A model generated the notes under the pieces. That model made no database searches and was not told where the DNA came from. It was given only the letters and a program-made list of their open reading frames with translations. A stretch of 64,000 bases of DNA from an uncultured Planctomycetia bacterium (lineage in GTDB: Bacteria; Omnitrophota; Gorgyraeia; Gorgyraeales; Gorgyraeaceae), in contig CAYPYS010000004.1 in NCBI GenBank assembly GCA_964415355.1, forward strand, positions 27,220 to 91,219. The letters are read 5' to 3'. Both the position numbers and the translations under genes were made by a program. This document shows, one piece after another, positions 51,501 through 58,510 of this stretch (position 1 is its first letter; each line of letters starts with the position of its first letter).

Positions 51501-52758
51501 AAAAAGTCGGGGAACGACAGATTCTAGAAAGATACGCGATTTTGCCCAGAACTTTAGATGGCTTACCAACAGGGATTATGATGGCCGGTTGTTCCCCTAT
51601 CATGAGATCGAAAAGGACAAGTCAAAGAGGCAAAAGGAGGCAGAAAGCTTTAGGGTATTTTATCAGAGAGAGGTTATAGACACAGGCCTGATAGAGGAGA
51701 TAGAGGCAGCGTTAGGAGAGCTGGATGATGCATACAGGAAAGTAGAGGCCTTTGTCAGGAAATATAATATTAAATTCAAAGACCGCGAGGGCCGCAATGT
51801 AAATAAAGAGACGATGAAGAGAATCAGAAAAAATGGTGATCTGTATAGGCTCGAAGAGAAGGTATTTGGTATGTATGGAAATGCAATGTATTCGGTGCTT
51901 GATAGTTATAGCTTGCGAGATAAAGTGAAATCGCTTAATGGCGCCATATATGAGACCCAGGCCATTGCCCTTTTCGGTCACATGATAGCAACTCAGGGGT
52001 TTAATGCAGTGGATTTTAATTCAGACGGCTCAGTTGATATTAAGGGCATGTTCAGCATGTTCAAGCCCGGGTCTGAGCAGGAGCTGAATGACGTTCATTT
52101 TGGCGAGGATGAATACGCAAGGCTTATAGCTGCGCCAAATATGTCCGGTAAGACATTTTATCTAAAGGCGCTTGTAATGGCAATGCTCTCGGCGCTAAAT
52201 ACCGGATTTATCCCGGCAGAGTCTGCGACCATGCCGTTATTCGATTTCGTGATATATTTCGACAGGGTGACCGCAAAGCTGGACAGAAATCTGAGCGCAC
52301 TTGGAAACGAGGTCGAGCTATGGAAAAAGTTCTTTAATATCTTAAAAAGTGAAACGAGGGTCTTTGCCGCTGCTTGCGTTGACGAGGCGTTTTCTACTAC
52401 CTCTCCGGGGTATCAGGCGTCGCTTGTGTATGCGATAGTGATGGAGATGATAAGAAACGGCCAATACCTGGCAATCGCCACACACAATCATGATGTCCTG
52501 CAGGTCTTGAGGGAGCTGGAAAAGGATTTACTGAAGGCCTATACCCTGAAGATCCGCATCGATGAGGAAAGCGGCGGAGTAGATTTTAGCTATGAATTAG
52601 AGGAGCTCGAAGAAGGCGAGATGACATTTTCTGAGGCAATAGCAGTTGCCAGGACCCTGGGCATGCCTGAAGAGATCTTGCGTACGGCAGAGGAATTAAA
52701 GCTGAACGCAGAGGTCCAGTCACCTCTATACCACGTCGCACCCCAAACCGACCTCTAA
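42526..52758 (+). CDS. Giant (3410 aa) multidomain protein: signal peptide, B12-radical SAM, uridine-kinase-like P-loop, class I methyltransferase, HTH motifs, two MutS-type ATPase domains
   Basis: SRGCPVGCKFC (43369), AGPGASGK (about 44284), VDVGAG (about 45439) with NAMLHH, GANMGGKS/DEG.STT/ATHN (48943 onward), APNMSGKT/DEA.STT/ATHN (52132 onward). Confidence 0.85.
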   Translation: MLNFKKLLTCKIVSAFLALTLCLTSTCYGIELPKRSHLRAPIMGNSEKGRERLEDTLSVVSGIKDAADAKIIKKDIRKILLINAAPRAKGLDVRPPFSLYGLYMVLKKEFGDRVEIKVLDLAIQDADFKIKDYLIQEGPDLVGVSTSCSFYAGFAEEMSRVAKEALPETVLVNGGIHASVVPFEVVQESPLDFLVQGDGEIVFPEALRVIMDGDGDISKVGGIWYIDSNGQPASTGNPVFPSLDDLPLGVPDILDEVIGKYDLSSPYFGGEKAWQLFCSRGCPVGCKFCAVEAISGQKIRAMSPERVVAEIKHIVRRYNIHNFNFTDDFFTFNIERARKISELILQDQELSNVKWKITTRADRLPEDLVEIMARAGLIHISFGIESPDPTVLKAIQKSASVGSYKKATALAHKYGIRVRHLLMAGLPEQDEQSIDKTIDFLEEARPDEIFVAIYTPFPGSEYSKNPELYGFLPTHISYEDMIMREVVQEGDIVKPVVAVPTRWMTAEEILRARDKIVTAFEEIQKKDIRGLLKNLRSPDMETRKIAARRLRYVSSAQPKTCEDVLEEASQGLVERFRDKNRLVLALAGPGASGKFTLYAERFKAFFSRALSVTPDSVVMLTDNNYLLPISERRDLDYLSKFEIDRWFKNIRLLQEGEAIYSPLYDRLRNDRLRIDEEIIAEILQNRGGELQDGTEPVYRFEIEGIEMEGEELEEIYIDINPANNSVRGEFDILEKIDPEGKIIVVKATICLLDPEINDGYDERFFVQSDFSTRLIRGVKRWRKGMGRQPREAEYIDILKKRRAIEDDPYILPTRMAARFVIENNITTLELEEALRDSNPEVRRIANELSASMSSLHASGKTSPKESRNIYNPLVSLRENRDLETFIEIWLTRRYDSWGLREDLAKDILETLLRYAEDLEQAINRLYSEVIDFETDEAWQEAYSRYKEEVKYADTYNQMDVYLGGLPDDSVIVDVGAGNNMLGKLIATKHPGFSVIGTDAYDYHEEHGLENLVFLVQPRPLNIPLDDRSADIVIMNAMLHHVSPDDMGAFLQEIRRVLKPGGKVILVEDTYSITLPVENEATDSELTSEFLDLVREHGDAFAKQFFVFDDWYSNLVVHKWLGMSVPYNFHSMEEWQEIFQSHGFELAHARHTGFPQRSFHKPNVGVLLFTNTQGIEADAITMAAEAVDEFLGTGEQFAKLAQKYPYVIKIATEALDRSAAEFAYGLKILGSSPGELRKGVLELDALFAESLGLSEPDTVDALREIMQAVFDKADPKDGYFLKEEKLQELLYEHPPLQLLKDAGMSLDQVIQEYGVYEVFSVVRLTEPLEHLERLLEAYNALTPEDFEKRPLKLFAFSRDRYPAALKILDKKLTVCNDKLAGTVIAVPYSPDHDEQYAARTLRILGRTVHYLYEVMTYSDFYESLVLLDREHFGARLADAMRGYGHLYGDDLTLKSSVVPFFHPHHLQEIMCWESSVELLHVLASDIPGLDGTLAKYQNTLRALEFLSGEQEERLVSLGLLDLISIATKSYDTTYLTREMVRADIYARAVGDKGEAYLLVKHNLDKFDIADLLSPDSVRNPANPETQIFKDVLRAVKEKDYDFLRKTIPALMQMMEEALKEENENAAHDIYTHLIYSIHALERRDGRKGVERFHARAAALHIELRALAEKISASSEPVSIERIKELIIENFIGERELSYWSIAEKLGIKTFYVMEAMDALAKEGRLIKRETDEAITYIWAISGGSGQDHEQEEVKGSPPAVFGVLSDGKPRTKEEIAAALNRAVRTIEPDLYFLRDSMLLDIGKRQGKNTYAVKAGLLKEQGLITIIQEILDREFQPGSITKNLRNRDRRERIKETILDEITSFESPNVLGDLFSEDKQAVYEVFSDEKELGDIAESSSSYVSRVEEKKFFTPAPLEGLAERHIMWDFIRSPSTDLTQIIKRQDLLEALEKSSSLQLATDLKNRSYLIHKGIEGLFAPVDVSEYHREPALYAYRHGHGDTHYIRQHVMGCLDSIKEGKDALGELIETLSGIDAVIIKEVVGVLEKGLASVEYLNNDYFLDQAYDEWDAKRLSGGLNNNLMRLGAMIEFANIIVKDGYSRADFHADQAAGYKGGWNFVREKKGDKPQSLNDSPKDTLITILCGANMGGKSFHLAQNFYMQLLAQSFGYVPAKKGNFRIYDSFLYLDRASTESYYDLSAYGVDITHWVAALEKMTGRTFMLVDEGLSTTSAEDQYYMLMAIAEYLKGRGGRTLLATHNEAFINNYTQEKDAGIYHFPFTIEEKEDDGKEINYSYKLTQGPGDSRALDVAEALGLPEELIELAAQYLRDAVKEVRPLVDSEWRNPERYTEEERQALKKQGYRTIFGTEKEEEEKAFQLFSKDREFQHSFFTGTHIETGERFEDRKFGGWRYDGSMLGGSLILQLLTENKRLEPQEILERQRMFGELSENDRYEELKDIGYKLVWMLEFIPMYYMLTGNSGFLDFNRVLKPQSSELRPGNERMLSTLEYCIMFLRMNQKILGEDFSERFTELLKRLERGKELLLSYEEHVANQDILEIQALQADEYDREITDEEIIREYLELASDEPDREKWQGRLTRRRIREYMTWLKEHDRERWREIEWWHYDGNHPLRELINKVMLGYSAISVMHDRGGDFDAEQVRDEFIALADEEPLEAKERWGHRITVGRIQEYLDFLLQKHGHYTRDENTKEKINTVNDLRHNVSSTQRGLGIEDKEIRAIFDSLFGIKGDYNDRVFDDRIFRSLTDLFQAFEHINKKMPPKSIFECDLESIKEEIRFFASYYRERYKEADLAYDSRWPRPLVLSFILEMLVEEKDWIREFLGILRSYDSVHLHQMAGSLEAGFRDLLSIIKEDWWFRESKVLFGFEEETLVELIRNDIKEARRYFKRQKENIEPLCTREELEAIELELEQGSSEKLLNLIDRFNGMGPEALYEILNSVYESQMEEMLRDYAGVSRAYSRIFAEHYFLGSSESVKYIRTILKSRGTTDSRKIRDFAQNFRWLTNRDYDGRLFPYHEIEKDKSKRQKEAESFRVFYQREVIDTGLIEEIEAALGELDDAYRKVEAFVRKYNIKFKDREGRNVNKETMKRIRKNGDLYRLEEKVFGMYGNAMYSVLDSYSLRDKVKSLNGAIYETQAIALFGHMIATQGFNAVDFNSDGSVDIKGMFSMFKPGSEQELNDVHFGEDEYARLIAAPNMSGKTFYLKALVMAMLSALNTGFIPAESATMPLFDFVIYFDRVTAKLDRNLSALGNEVELWKKFFNILKSETRVFAAACVDEAFSTTSPGYQASLVYAIVMEMIRNGQYLAIATHNHDVLQVLRELEKDLLKAYTLKIRIDEESGGVDFSYELEELEEGEMTFSEAIAVARTLGMPEEILRTAEELKLNAEVQSPLYHVAPQTDL

Positions 52759-52779
52759 CTTCACACCTTAATTTTTTCA

Positions 52780-52816
52780 TAACTTTACACTTCAACAATG
52801 TTGAAGTGTAAAGTTA
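52780..52816. repeat. 37-bp element copy 5 (perfect 18-1-18 palindrome variant)
   Basis: TAACTTTACACTTCAACA-A-TGTTGAAGTGTAAAGTTA. A degenerate half copy TAACTTCACACCTTAA begins at the giant-gene stop (52756). Confidence 0.9.
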
Positions 52817-52844
52817 GCGGGGGTCATTATTTTGCGTATCTAAG

Positions 52845-53519
52845 TTATTTCGGGCGGCGTTTTTCGTCTAAGTAGTCGAGGTCAGAAAGCGGCAGCACCA
52901 CAGACGAGGCGATATTTACTAGGTGCGCCACTATGCGCTTGAAATATCTTGCCGTAAGCGCGAAGCACACAGCCTCATTAACGGAGAGTTTGCTTTTTGC
53001 AGTCTTTTCTATGATCTCGTCGCAGCGTTTTCCGAGTTTTGCTTCATAGTCCCAGGACTCTTTGGCTATTGTTTCATCAGATTCTATAAAGGCTGCTTTT
53101 GTTTTTTTGAAGAGATCCGCGATTTCCTTGTCTATGCTATTAAACCATTCACTGTATAACTTTTTATCCGTGGGTTTTTGTAAATATCGCGATACCTCTA
53201 GTAAATTTTTAGAATAATCCCCCAGTCTCTCAGCGTCTTTTACAACGCTCATCAATAGAAGGCTCGTAGACATATCGACGGATGGTTGCATAGACAGATG
53301 CTCTACAATCCTTTTTCTGATGTCTCTCTGCAGCTCATTGACCTTTTTATCGATGGCATAAACATTCTTTTCCAGGCCAGGCTCTTCTTCGTTATATATG
53401 AGCCTTTTGCATACAGAGCCAAACATCTTTTCCGTGTCGTCCAGCATCTTTTTGAATTCGTCAAGCACCTGACTTAAAAAATCCTTGCCCTTCCAGAAGT
53501 GTAATAGATTTTTAAACAT
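52845..53519 (-). CDS. PhoU-domain protein
   Basis: D.KVN..., KDAERLGDY..N, KRIVAH..NI; downstream of the Na/Pi symporter. Confidence 0.85.
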   Translation of the reverse strand: MFKNLLHFWKGKDFLSQVLDEFKKMLDDTEKMFGSVCKRLIYNEEEPGLEKNVYAIDKKVNELQRDIRKRIVEHLSMQPSVDMSTSLLLMSVVKDAERLGDYSKNLLEVSRYLQKPTDKKLYSEWFNSIDKEIADLFKKTKAAFIESDETIAKESWDYEAKLGKRCDEIIEKTAKSKLSVNEAVCFALTARYFKRIVAHLVNIASSVVLPLSDLDYLDEKRRPK

Positions 53520-53530
53520 TTTGCGCCTCC

Positions 53531-54655
53531 TTATTTGAATAATCTCGAGATAAATATCAGGATACCGGGTATCAAAAAGAACGCGGATGATACGTAGATG
53601 AACGCATACCTGCGCTTCTTTAATGCAAGATTACCTAAGCCTTTGGCCAGGGTTATCGGTATTTTTCTAAACAATGGTATGGGATAAAAGAAAACAGCGC
53701 CTATCGTGTTGAAAAGAAAATGCGTAAAGGCAACAGTAATCGCCGCGATGTTCCCTGTCGCGAATGAGGCCAGGATAGCAGTTACGGTCGTTCCTATATT
53801 TGCGCCCAGGACAATCGGAAAAATCGACTCGACTGTCAAGACGCCAGAGGCTACCAGGGGCACCATTAGAGAAGTAGTTATAGAGCTGCTTTGTACGAAG
53901 GCGGTGAACATAATGCTGGCAATGATAGCCAGGATGCCGTGTTTACCGAGCACATTGTTAAAAACGATTTCCACGCGGCCGATTATAATAGACTTCATCA
54001 GCCGCACAATGAAATAGAGGCAGATGAACAGCAGCGCTATGGACAAAATCAGGAGCAATATATAGACAATATTTTCCGGGATGCTCGTTTCCAGCAGAGC
54101 ATGTTTTATAAAATTTATAGGTGGCTTTGTGGCTGTTTTTAAAGGGCTGGTAAATTTCACTCCTCCGACATTGGAAAACAAAAAAGACATTTTAATCGCC
54201 AGTTTTTCCAGGAAACCAGTGGCGACCTGGAGAGGAAAGAGTACCGCGACGCACAGTATATTAAAAAAGTCATGCACTGTAGAGCCTGTGATGGCGCGCT
54301 TAAACTCTTCGCGTCGGGTCACGTGGGCCAGTGATACGAGAGCGGCTGTTACCGTGGTTCCTATATTTGCGCCCATGATAATGGGAATCGCATTTGAGAT
54401 CGTTATAACTCCGGAGCCCACCATTCCCACTACAATAGAGGTCGTCGTGGAAGAGGATTGCACTATGCTTGTCGCGAGGATGCCGATAAAGAGACCTATG
54501 AATGGATTTGATGTGGCCTTGATTAGATTTTCGGCGAATTCCTTGCCAAAACCCTTGAACGCAGTGCCCATCAAACCAATGCTTACGAGAAATAAATAGA
54601 CAAGGATTATTACGAGAAGTATTCTGCAGGATATGGTGATTATGTTTCTATGCAT
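53531..54655 (-). CDS. nptA: Na+/phosphate symporter (NptA/SLC34 family)
   Basis: Two QSSS repeats, each followed by GANIGTT. Confidence 0.9.
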   Translation of the reverse strand: MHRNIITISCRILLVIILVYLFLVSIGLMGTAFKGFGKEFAENLIKATSNPFIGLFIGILATSIVQSSSTTTSIVVGMVGSGVITISNAIPIIMGANIGTTVTAALVSLAHVTRREEFKRAITGSTVHDFFNILCVAVLFPLQVATGFLEKLAIKMSFLFSNVGGVKFTSPLKTATKPPINFIKHALLETSIPENIVYILLLILSIALLFICLYFIVRLMKSIIIGRVEIVFNNVLGKHGILAIIASIMFTAFVQSSSITTSLMVPLVASGVLTVESIFPIVLGANIGTTVTAILASFATGNIAAITVAFTHFLFNTIGAVFFYPIPLFRKIPITLAKGLGNLALKKRRYAFIYVSSAFFLIPGILIFISRLFK

Positions 54656-54679
54656 AAAATATGTAGGAGTTCAAGGTGA

Positions 54680-54708
54680 ATTATAAATCAAGAATCACTT
54701 CGCGTCAA
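54680..54708 (-). promoter_or_regulatory. Putative sigma70 promoter of nptA-phoU
   Basis: Minus strand TTGACG-17 nt-TATAAT. Confidence 0.65.
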
Positions 54709-54794
54709 ACAAAATCACGGTTATTTTATGATTGCATAAATATTTGTTTGACTGTAGAATAAGAGTAATCATAAATTCGCAAAAGAAAGGCTAG

Positions 54795-54911
54795 ATGAAG
54801 AGAAAAAAACACAGGTTTGTCAGGCTCAGCAAGGTCCGGGCCTACCTTTTGCTGAAGAGCATCAAAAGGCAGCTTAAGTCGCAGGAAAAAAAGCTCTCCC
54901 ATCACGCCTAA
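54795..54911 (+). CDS. Small basic ORF (38 aa, MKRKKHRFVRLSKVRAYLLLKSIKRQLKSQEKKLSHHA), missing from the ORF track
   Basis: TTGCAT-17-TAGAAT at 54732-54760, GAAAGG RBS, stop supplied by element copy 6. Confidence 0.5.
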   Translation: MKRKKHRFVRLSKVRAYLLLKSIKRQLKSQEKKLSHHA

Positions 54912-54945
54912 CTTTACACTTTAACGTTGTTGAAATGTAAAGTTA
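54909..54945 (-). repeat. 37-bp element copy 6 (reverse)
   Basis: Identical to copy 3. Confidence 0.95.
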
Positions 54946-54970
54946 GGACAGATTAGCCGTAAATTTCCCC

Positions 54971-54999
54971 TTTACAAAATGTTAGCAAGCTTGTATAAT
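54971..54999 (+). promoter_or_regulatory. hisG promoter, probably near-leaderless
   Basis: TTTACA-17 nt-TATAAT; ATG 9 nt downstream, no SD. Confidence 0.65.
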
Positions 55000-55008
55000 G
55001 ATTTCGCT

Positions 55009-55884
55009 ATGAATAAGCTAAAACTAGGTCTACCTAAAGGTAGCTTGCAAGAAGCTACCACCCGGATGTTTAAAAAAGCAGGGTTTAATGTTTCTGTGGG
55101 CTCCAGGAGCTATTTCCCGTCAATAGATGATGAGGAGATAGGCCCGTTTTTGCTGCGCGCGCAGGAGATGGCAAGATACGTGGCTGACGGCGCCATTGAC
55201 TGCGGCATTACAGGCGCAGACTGGACAGCTGAAAGCGGCAGGGACGTGGTGAAGGTGGAGGAGCTTATCTACGGGAAGCAGGGCTTGAGGCCGGTGCGAT
55301 GGGTCCTGGCAGTGCCGAATGGCTCTAAGATCAGAAGCGCGAAAGACCTCAAGGGCAAAAGGGTCGCCACTGAGCTTGTGAACGTCACGAAAAAGTATTT
55401 TAAGAAAAAGAATATTAGCATAGATATAGAATTTAGCTGGGGCGCGACAGAGGCAAAGGTCGGGGCCGGGTTAGTGGATGCGATAGTGGAGCTTACTGAG
55501 ACAGGGGCGAGCCTGAAGGCAAATAATCTCCGCATAATAGATACCCTATGCGAATCCACGACGCTGTTGATAGCGAATAAGAGCGCCTGGAAGAACGCAT
55601 GGAAGAGAAAAAAGCTAGAAAGCCTCGCGCTCCTTTTGAGAGGCGCGCTGGCTGCAGAAGAAAAAGTCGGGCTGAAAATGAACGTGGAGCAAAAGAATCT
55701 GAAAAAGGTAATTTCCATTCTGCCAGCCATGAAAAAACCCACCATATCTACTTTGTCTCAAAAAGGCTGGTGTGCCATTGAGACGATAGTCGACGAGCGA
55801 ATCGTAAGAGTCATTATTCCAAAGCTAAAGCAAAGCGGGGCTCAGGGCATAATAGAGTACCCGTTGAATAAAGTAATAAGCTAG
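55009..55884 (+). CDS. hisG: ATP phosphoribosyltransferase, long form
   Basis: LGLPKGSL, RAQEM, DCGITGAD, SWGATE, ELTETGASL, C-terminal regulatory domain. Confidence 0.96.
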   Translation: MNKLKLGLPKGSLQEATTRMFKKAGFNVSVGSRSYFPSIDDEEIGPFLLRAQEMARYVADGAIDCGITGADWTAESGRDVVKVEELIYGKQGLRPVRWVLAVPNGSKIRSAKDLKGKRVATELVNVTKKYFKKKNISIDIEFSWGATEAKVGAGLVDAIVELTETGASLKANNLRIIDTLCESTTLLIANKSAWKNAWKRKKLESLALLLRGALAAEEKVGLKMNVEQKNLKKVISILPAMKKPTISTLSQKGWCAIETIVDERIVRVIIPKLKQSGAQGIIEYPLNKVIS

Positions 55885-55897
55885 GAGGTAGCAAGAG

Positions 55898-55987
55898 ATG
55901 CCGTGTGGTAGAAAGAGAAAAAGAAGAAAGATATCGACGCATAAAAGAAAAAAGAGAAGAAGAAGAGACAGGCACAAGAAGAAATAG
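55898..55987 (+). CDS. 29-aa basic protein of the bS22/AURKAIP1-COX24 (mS38) family
   Basis: MPCGRKRKRRKISTHKRKKRRRRDRHKKK, with an AGGAGG RBS. Confidence 0.8.
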   Translation: MPCGRKRKRRKISTHKRKKRRRRDRHKKK

Positions 55988-56003
55988 TCGCTTAACCGCG
56001 CTC

Positions 56004-56040
56004 TAACTTTACATTTCAACAACGTTAAAGTGTAAACTTA
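56004..56040 (+). repeat. 37-bp element copy 7 (forward, ends AAACTTA)
   Basis: One substitution versus copy 1. Confidence 0.95.
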
Positions 56041-56069
56041 GGAGGCGCGCTCGAGCGGTCTTTACATCG

Positions 56070-57611
56070 GTGGTAATGACTCCGAGATTTTTTGTTACAC
56101 TAGCAGTGGTAGGGATATCAGCTTTGTGTGTATCAGGTTGCGCGTCTACGCCAAGGCTTAAAAAGAGTGCTATACGTAGCCCCGGGCAAGAGATTTTAAA
56201 GATAGCGAAAACAAAATCAAGCCCTCCCTCAATTTCCCCTAAGGCCTACGCCCATTACTCGATGGGAATGATTTATGACAACGAGGGCAGGATCGACCAG
56301 GCAATAGAGGAATATCTTAAAGCTATTGAATTTGATTCGCAGGCCGCCCCGGTATATTACAGGCTGGGTTCGGCATATTTGAAACTGGGAGATGTTGAGT
56401 CGTCGATCTCCGCATTAAATAAGGCAGTTGAGCTTAATGAGGAAAACGCGCGAGCCAGGTTTCTCTTGGCCCTTGTATACACCTCTCAAAAAAAATACGA
56501 CGAGGCGGCAAAGGAATACGAGGAGATTTTAAAGAGCGAACCGAATGACCTTGCAACTCTTTCGTCTCTGGCTGACATTTATATTTTAGGCCAGAACGTC
56601 GAAAAGGCCATAGAAATATACGAGGGCCTTTTAGAGGAAAAAAGTGATTCGCCCGTCATCCATTTTAATCTGGGCATTGTTTATGCCAGGGCTGCCCGGC
56701 CGGATGACGCGAAGACTCAATTAGAAAAGGCAGTGGAGCTAAAGCCAGATTATCTTGAGGCGCATTTGGCTCTGGCTGTGCTCTTTGAAATGACAGATGA
56801 ATTGGACGAAGCAATAAAGCATTACAAGGAAGCCATCCGCCTTGACCCTGTAAATACAAAACTTTATCGACAGCTGGGGAGATTGTATTTTCAGAAAGAG
56901 GACACAGGAGAAGCAGAGCGGCAGTATAAGCTTTTATTGAAATTCGATCCAGAGGATGTGGTCGCATACATAGAACTGAGTTATCTATATGTCGCAGGGT
57001 CAAGAATAGACGAGGCGATAGAGATCCTGGAAGAGGCGTTGACCCTGGACAGAAGGCCGCAGGACGTATACATGGCCTTGGGTTTTTGTTATAACGAAAA
57101 AGGCGAAAAGGACGAGGCAATAAAGCAATACGAAAAGAGCATTGAGATCGACCCGTTCAATGCAAGGCCGCATTTTTATTTGGGCGCGATGCTTGAGGAG
57201 ATGGGAAAAAGAAAAGCCGCGATATTGCAGCTGGAGAGGGCGGTGGAGCTGAACTCTCAAGACCCGGAGGCATTGAATTACCTGGGGTATGTCTACGCTG
57301 AAGAAGGGACAAAGCTCGACGAGGCAGAAGCGCTTATCTCTAAGGCGCTTGAGATGGACCCAGACAATGGTGCGTACATAGATAGTCTGGGATGGGTTTA
57401 TTATAAAAAAGGCATGTTCGAAGAAGCAAGGGAGCAGCTTGAAAAAGCGCAGAAGTTAGTCGGAGACGACGCAGTTGTATATGACCATTTAGGAGACGCG
57501 CATTTTAAGGTAGGAAGCTTTGACAGTGCGAAGGAGGCCTGGCAGAAATCTTTGGAGATAGAGAATAATGACGAGGTAAGGAAAAAACTAGAGGAGCTAG
57601 GGAAAGAATAA
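56070..57611 (+). CDS. TPR-repeat lipoprotein
   Basis: Lipobox VSG-C; many TPRs; ALNYLGY...DSLGWVYY C-terminus. Confidence 0.85.
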   Translation: MVMTPRFFVTLAVVGISALCVSGCASTPRLKKSAIRSPGQEILKIAKTKSSPPSISPKAYAHYSMGMIYDNEGRIDQAIEEYLKAIEFDSQAAPVYYRLGSAYLKLGDVESSISALNKAVELNEENARARFLLALVYTSQKKYDEAAKEYEEILKSEPNDLATLSSLADIYILGQNVEKAIEIYEGLLEEKSDSPVIHFNLGIVYARAARPDDAKTQLEKAVELKPDYLEAHLALAVLFEMTDELDEAIKHYKEAIRLDPVNTKLYRQLGRLYFQKEDTGEAERQYKLLLKFDPEDVVAYIELSYLYVAGSRIDEAIEILEEALTLDRRPQDVYMALGFCYNEKGEKDEAIKQYEKSIEIDPFNARPHFYLGAMLEEMGKRKAAILQLERAVELNSQDPEALNYLGYVYAEEGTKLDEAEALISKALEMDPDNGAYIDSLGWVYYKKGMFEEAREQLEKAQKLVGDDAVVYDHLGDAHFKVGSFDSAKEAWQKSLEIENNDEVRKKLEELGKE

Positions 57612-57617
57612 TACGCT

Positions 57618-58442
57618 ATGACAAAAAAATCCGATGTTAAAAAATTAGAAAACATAGCAAGGGAAGTTCGCGTTGAGATTTTAAAGATGCTAGCGTGCGC
57701 CGGCTCTGGCCATACAGGAGGTTCTCTTTCAATGGTAGAGCTTTTGGTCGGCCTGTATTTTTATAAATTTAAATGCGAGCCTGAAAAGCCTTTATGTCAT
57801 ACCCGCGACATCTTTGTTCTATCCAAAGGACACGGCTGTCCTGCGCTGTATGCTGTTCTCGCGCATATGAATTTTTTTGACAAAGAGGAATTATGCACTC
57901 TGAGAAAAGTCGGTACCAGGCTGCAGGGTCATCCTCAGAGAGGTCTTCCTGGCGTAGAGGTCTCCAGCGGTTCTCTGGGTCAGGGACTTTCTATTGCGAA
58001 TGGTTTTGCGCTGGCAGCGAGACTGGATAAAGATAAGAATAAGAGCGTCTATTGCATGATGGGCGACGGAGAGCTCGACGAGGGCCAGATATGGGAGGCT
58101 GTTCTCACGGCGAGTCATTATAAATTAGACAATGTGTGCGGTATAGTTGATTACAATAAATTTCAGATAGACGGAAGGATCGAAGACATCAAGGGGCTTG
58201 AGCCTTTAAAGGATAAATGGGAGGCGTTTGGCTGGGAAGTCCTGGAGATCGACGGCCACGATATCGGAGAAGTGATAAACGCCTATGATAAGGCAGAGAC
58301 CATAAAGGGGAAGCCAACGCTTGTTTTGGCGCACACTGTAAAAGGCAAAGGTGTTTCATTTTTTGAAAATAAAAATAAGTATCACGGTGTGTCTCCGAGC
58401 AAAGAGGAATTAGACCGCGCCTTAAAAGAACTAGGCGCCTAA
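57618..58442 (+). CDS. Transketolase, N-terminal subunit
   Basis: SGHTGGSLS, LSKGH, LQGHP, GSLGQG, GDGELDEG, HTVKGKG. Confidence 0.95.
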   Translation: MTKKSDVKKLENIAREVRVEILKMLACAGSGHTGGSLSMVELLVGLYFYKFKCEPEKPLCHTRDIFVLSKGHGCPALYAVLAHMNFFDKEELCTLRKVGTRLQGHPQRGLPGVEVSSGSLGQGLSIANGFALAARLDKDKNKSVYCMMGDGELDEGQIWEAVLTASHYKLDNVCGIVDYNKFQIDGRIEDIKGLEPLKDKWEAFGWEVLEIDGHDIGEVINAYDKAETIKGKPTLVLAHTVKGKGVSFFENKNKYHGVSPSKEELDRALKELGA

Positions 58443-58476
58443 CTTTACATTTCAACAACGTTAAAGTGTAAAGTTA
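58440..58476 (+). repeat. 37-bp element copy 8 (forward), overlapping a stop codon
   Basis: Identical to copy 1. Confidence 0.95.
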
Positions 58477-58510
58477 AACGATGCGCATGCATTTAGGGAG
58501 TTATAGATAT

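Noticed and set aside
54795-54911. His attenuator leader for hisG (ORF ends in His-His)
   Set aside because: Only two adjacent His codons, no terminator or antiterminator visible, and hisG has its own promoter downstream.
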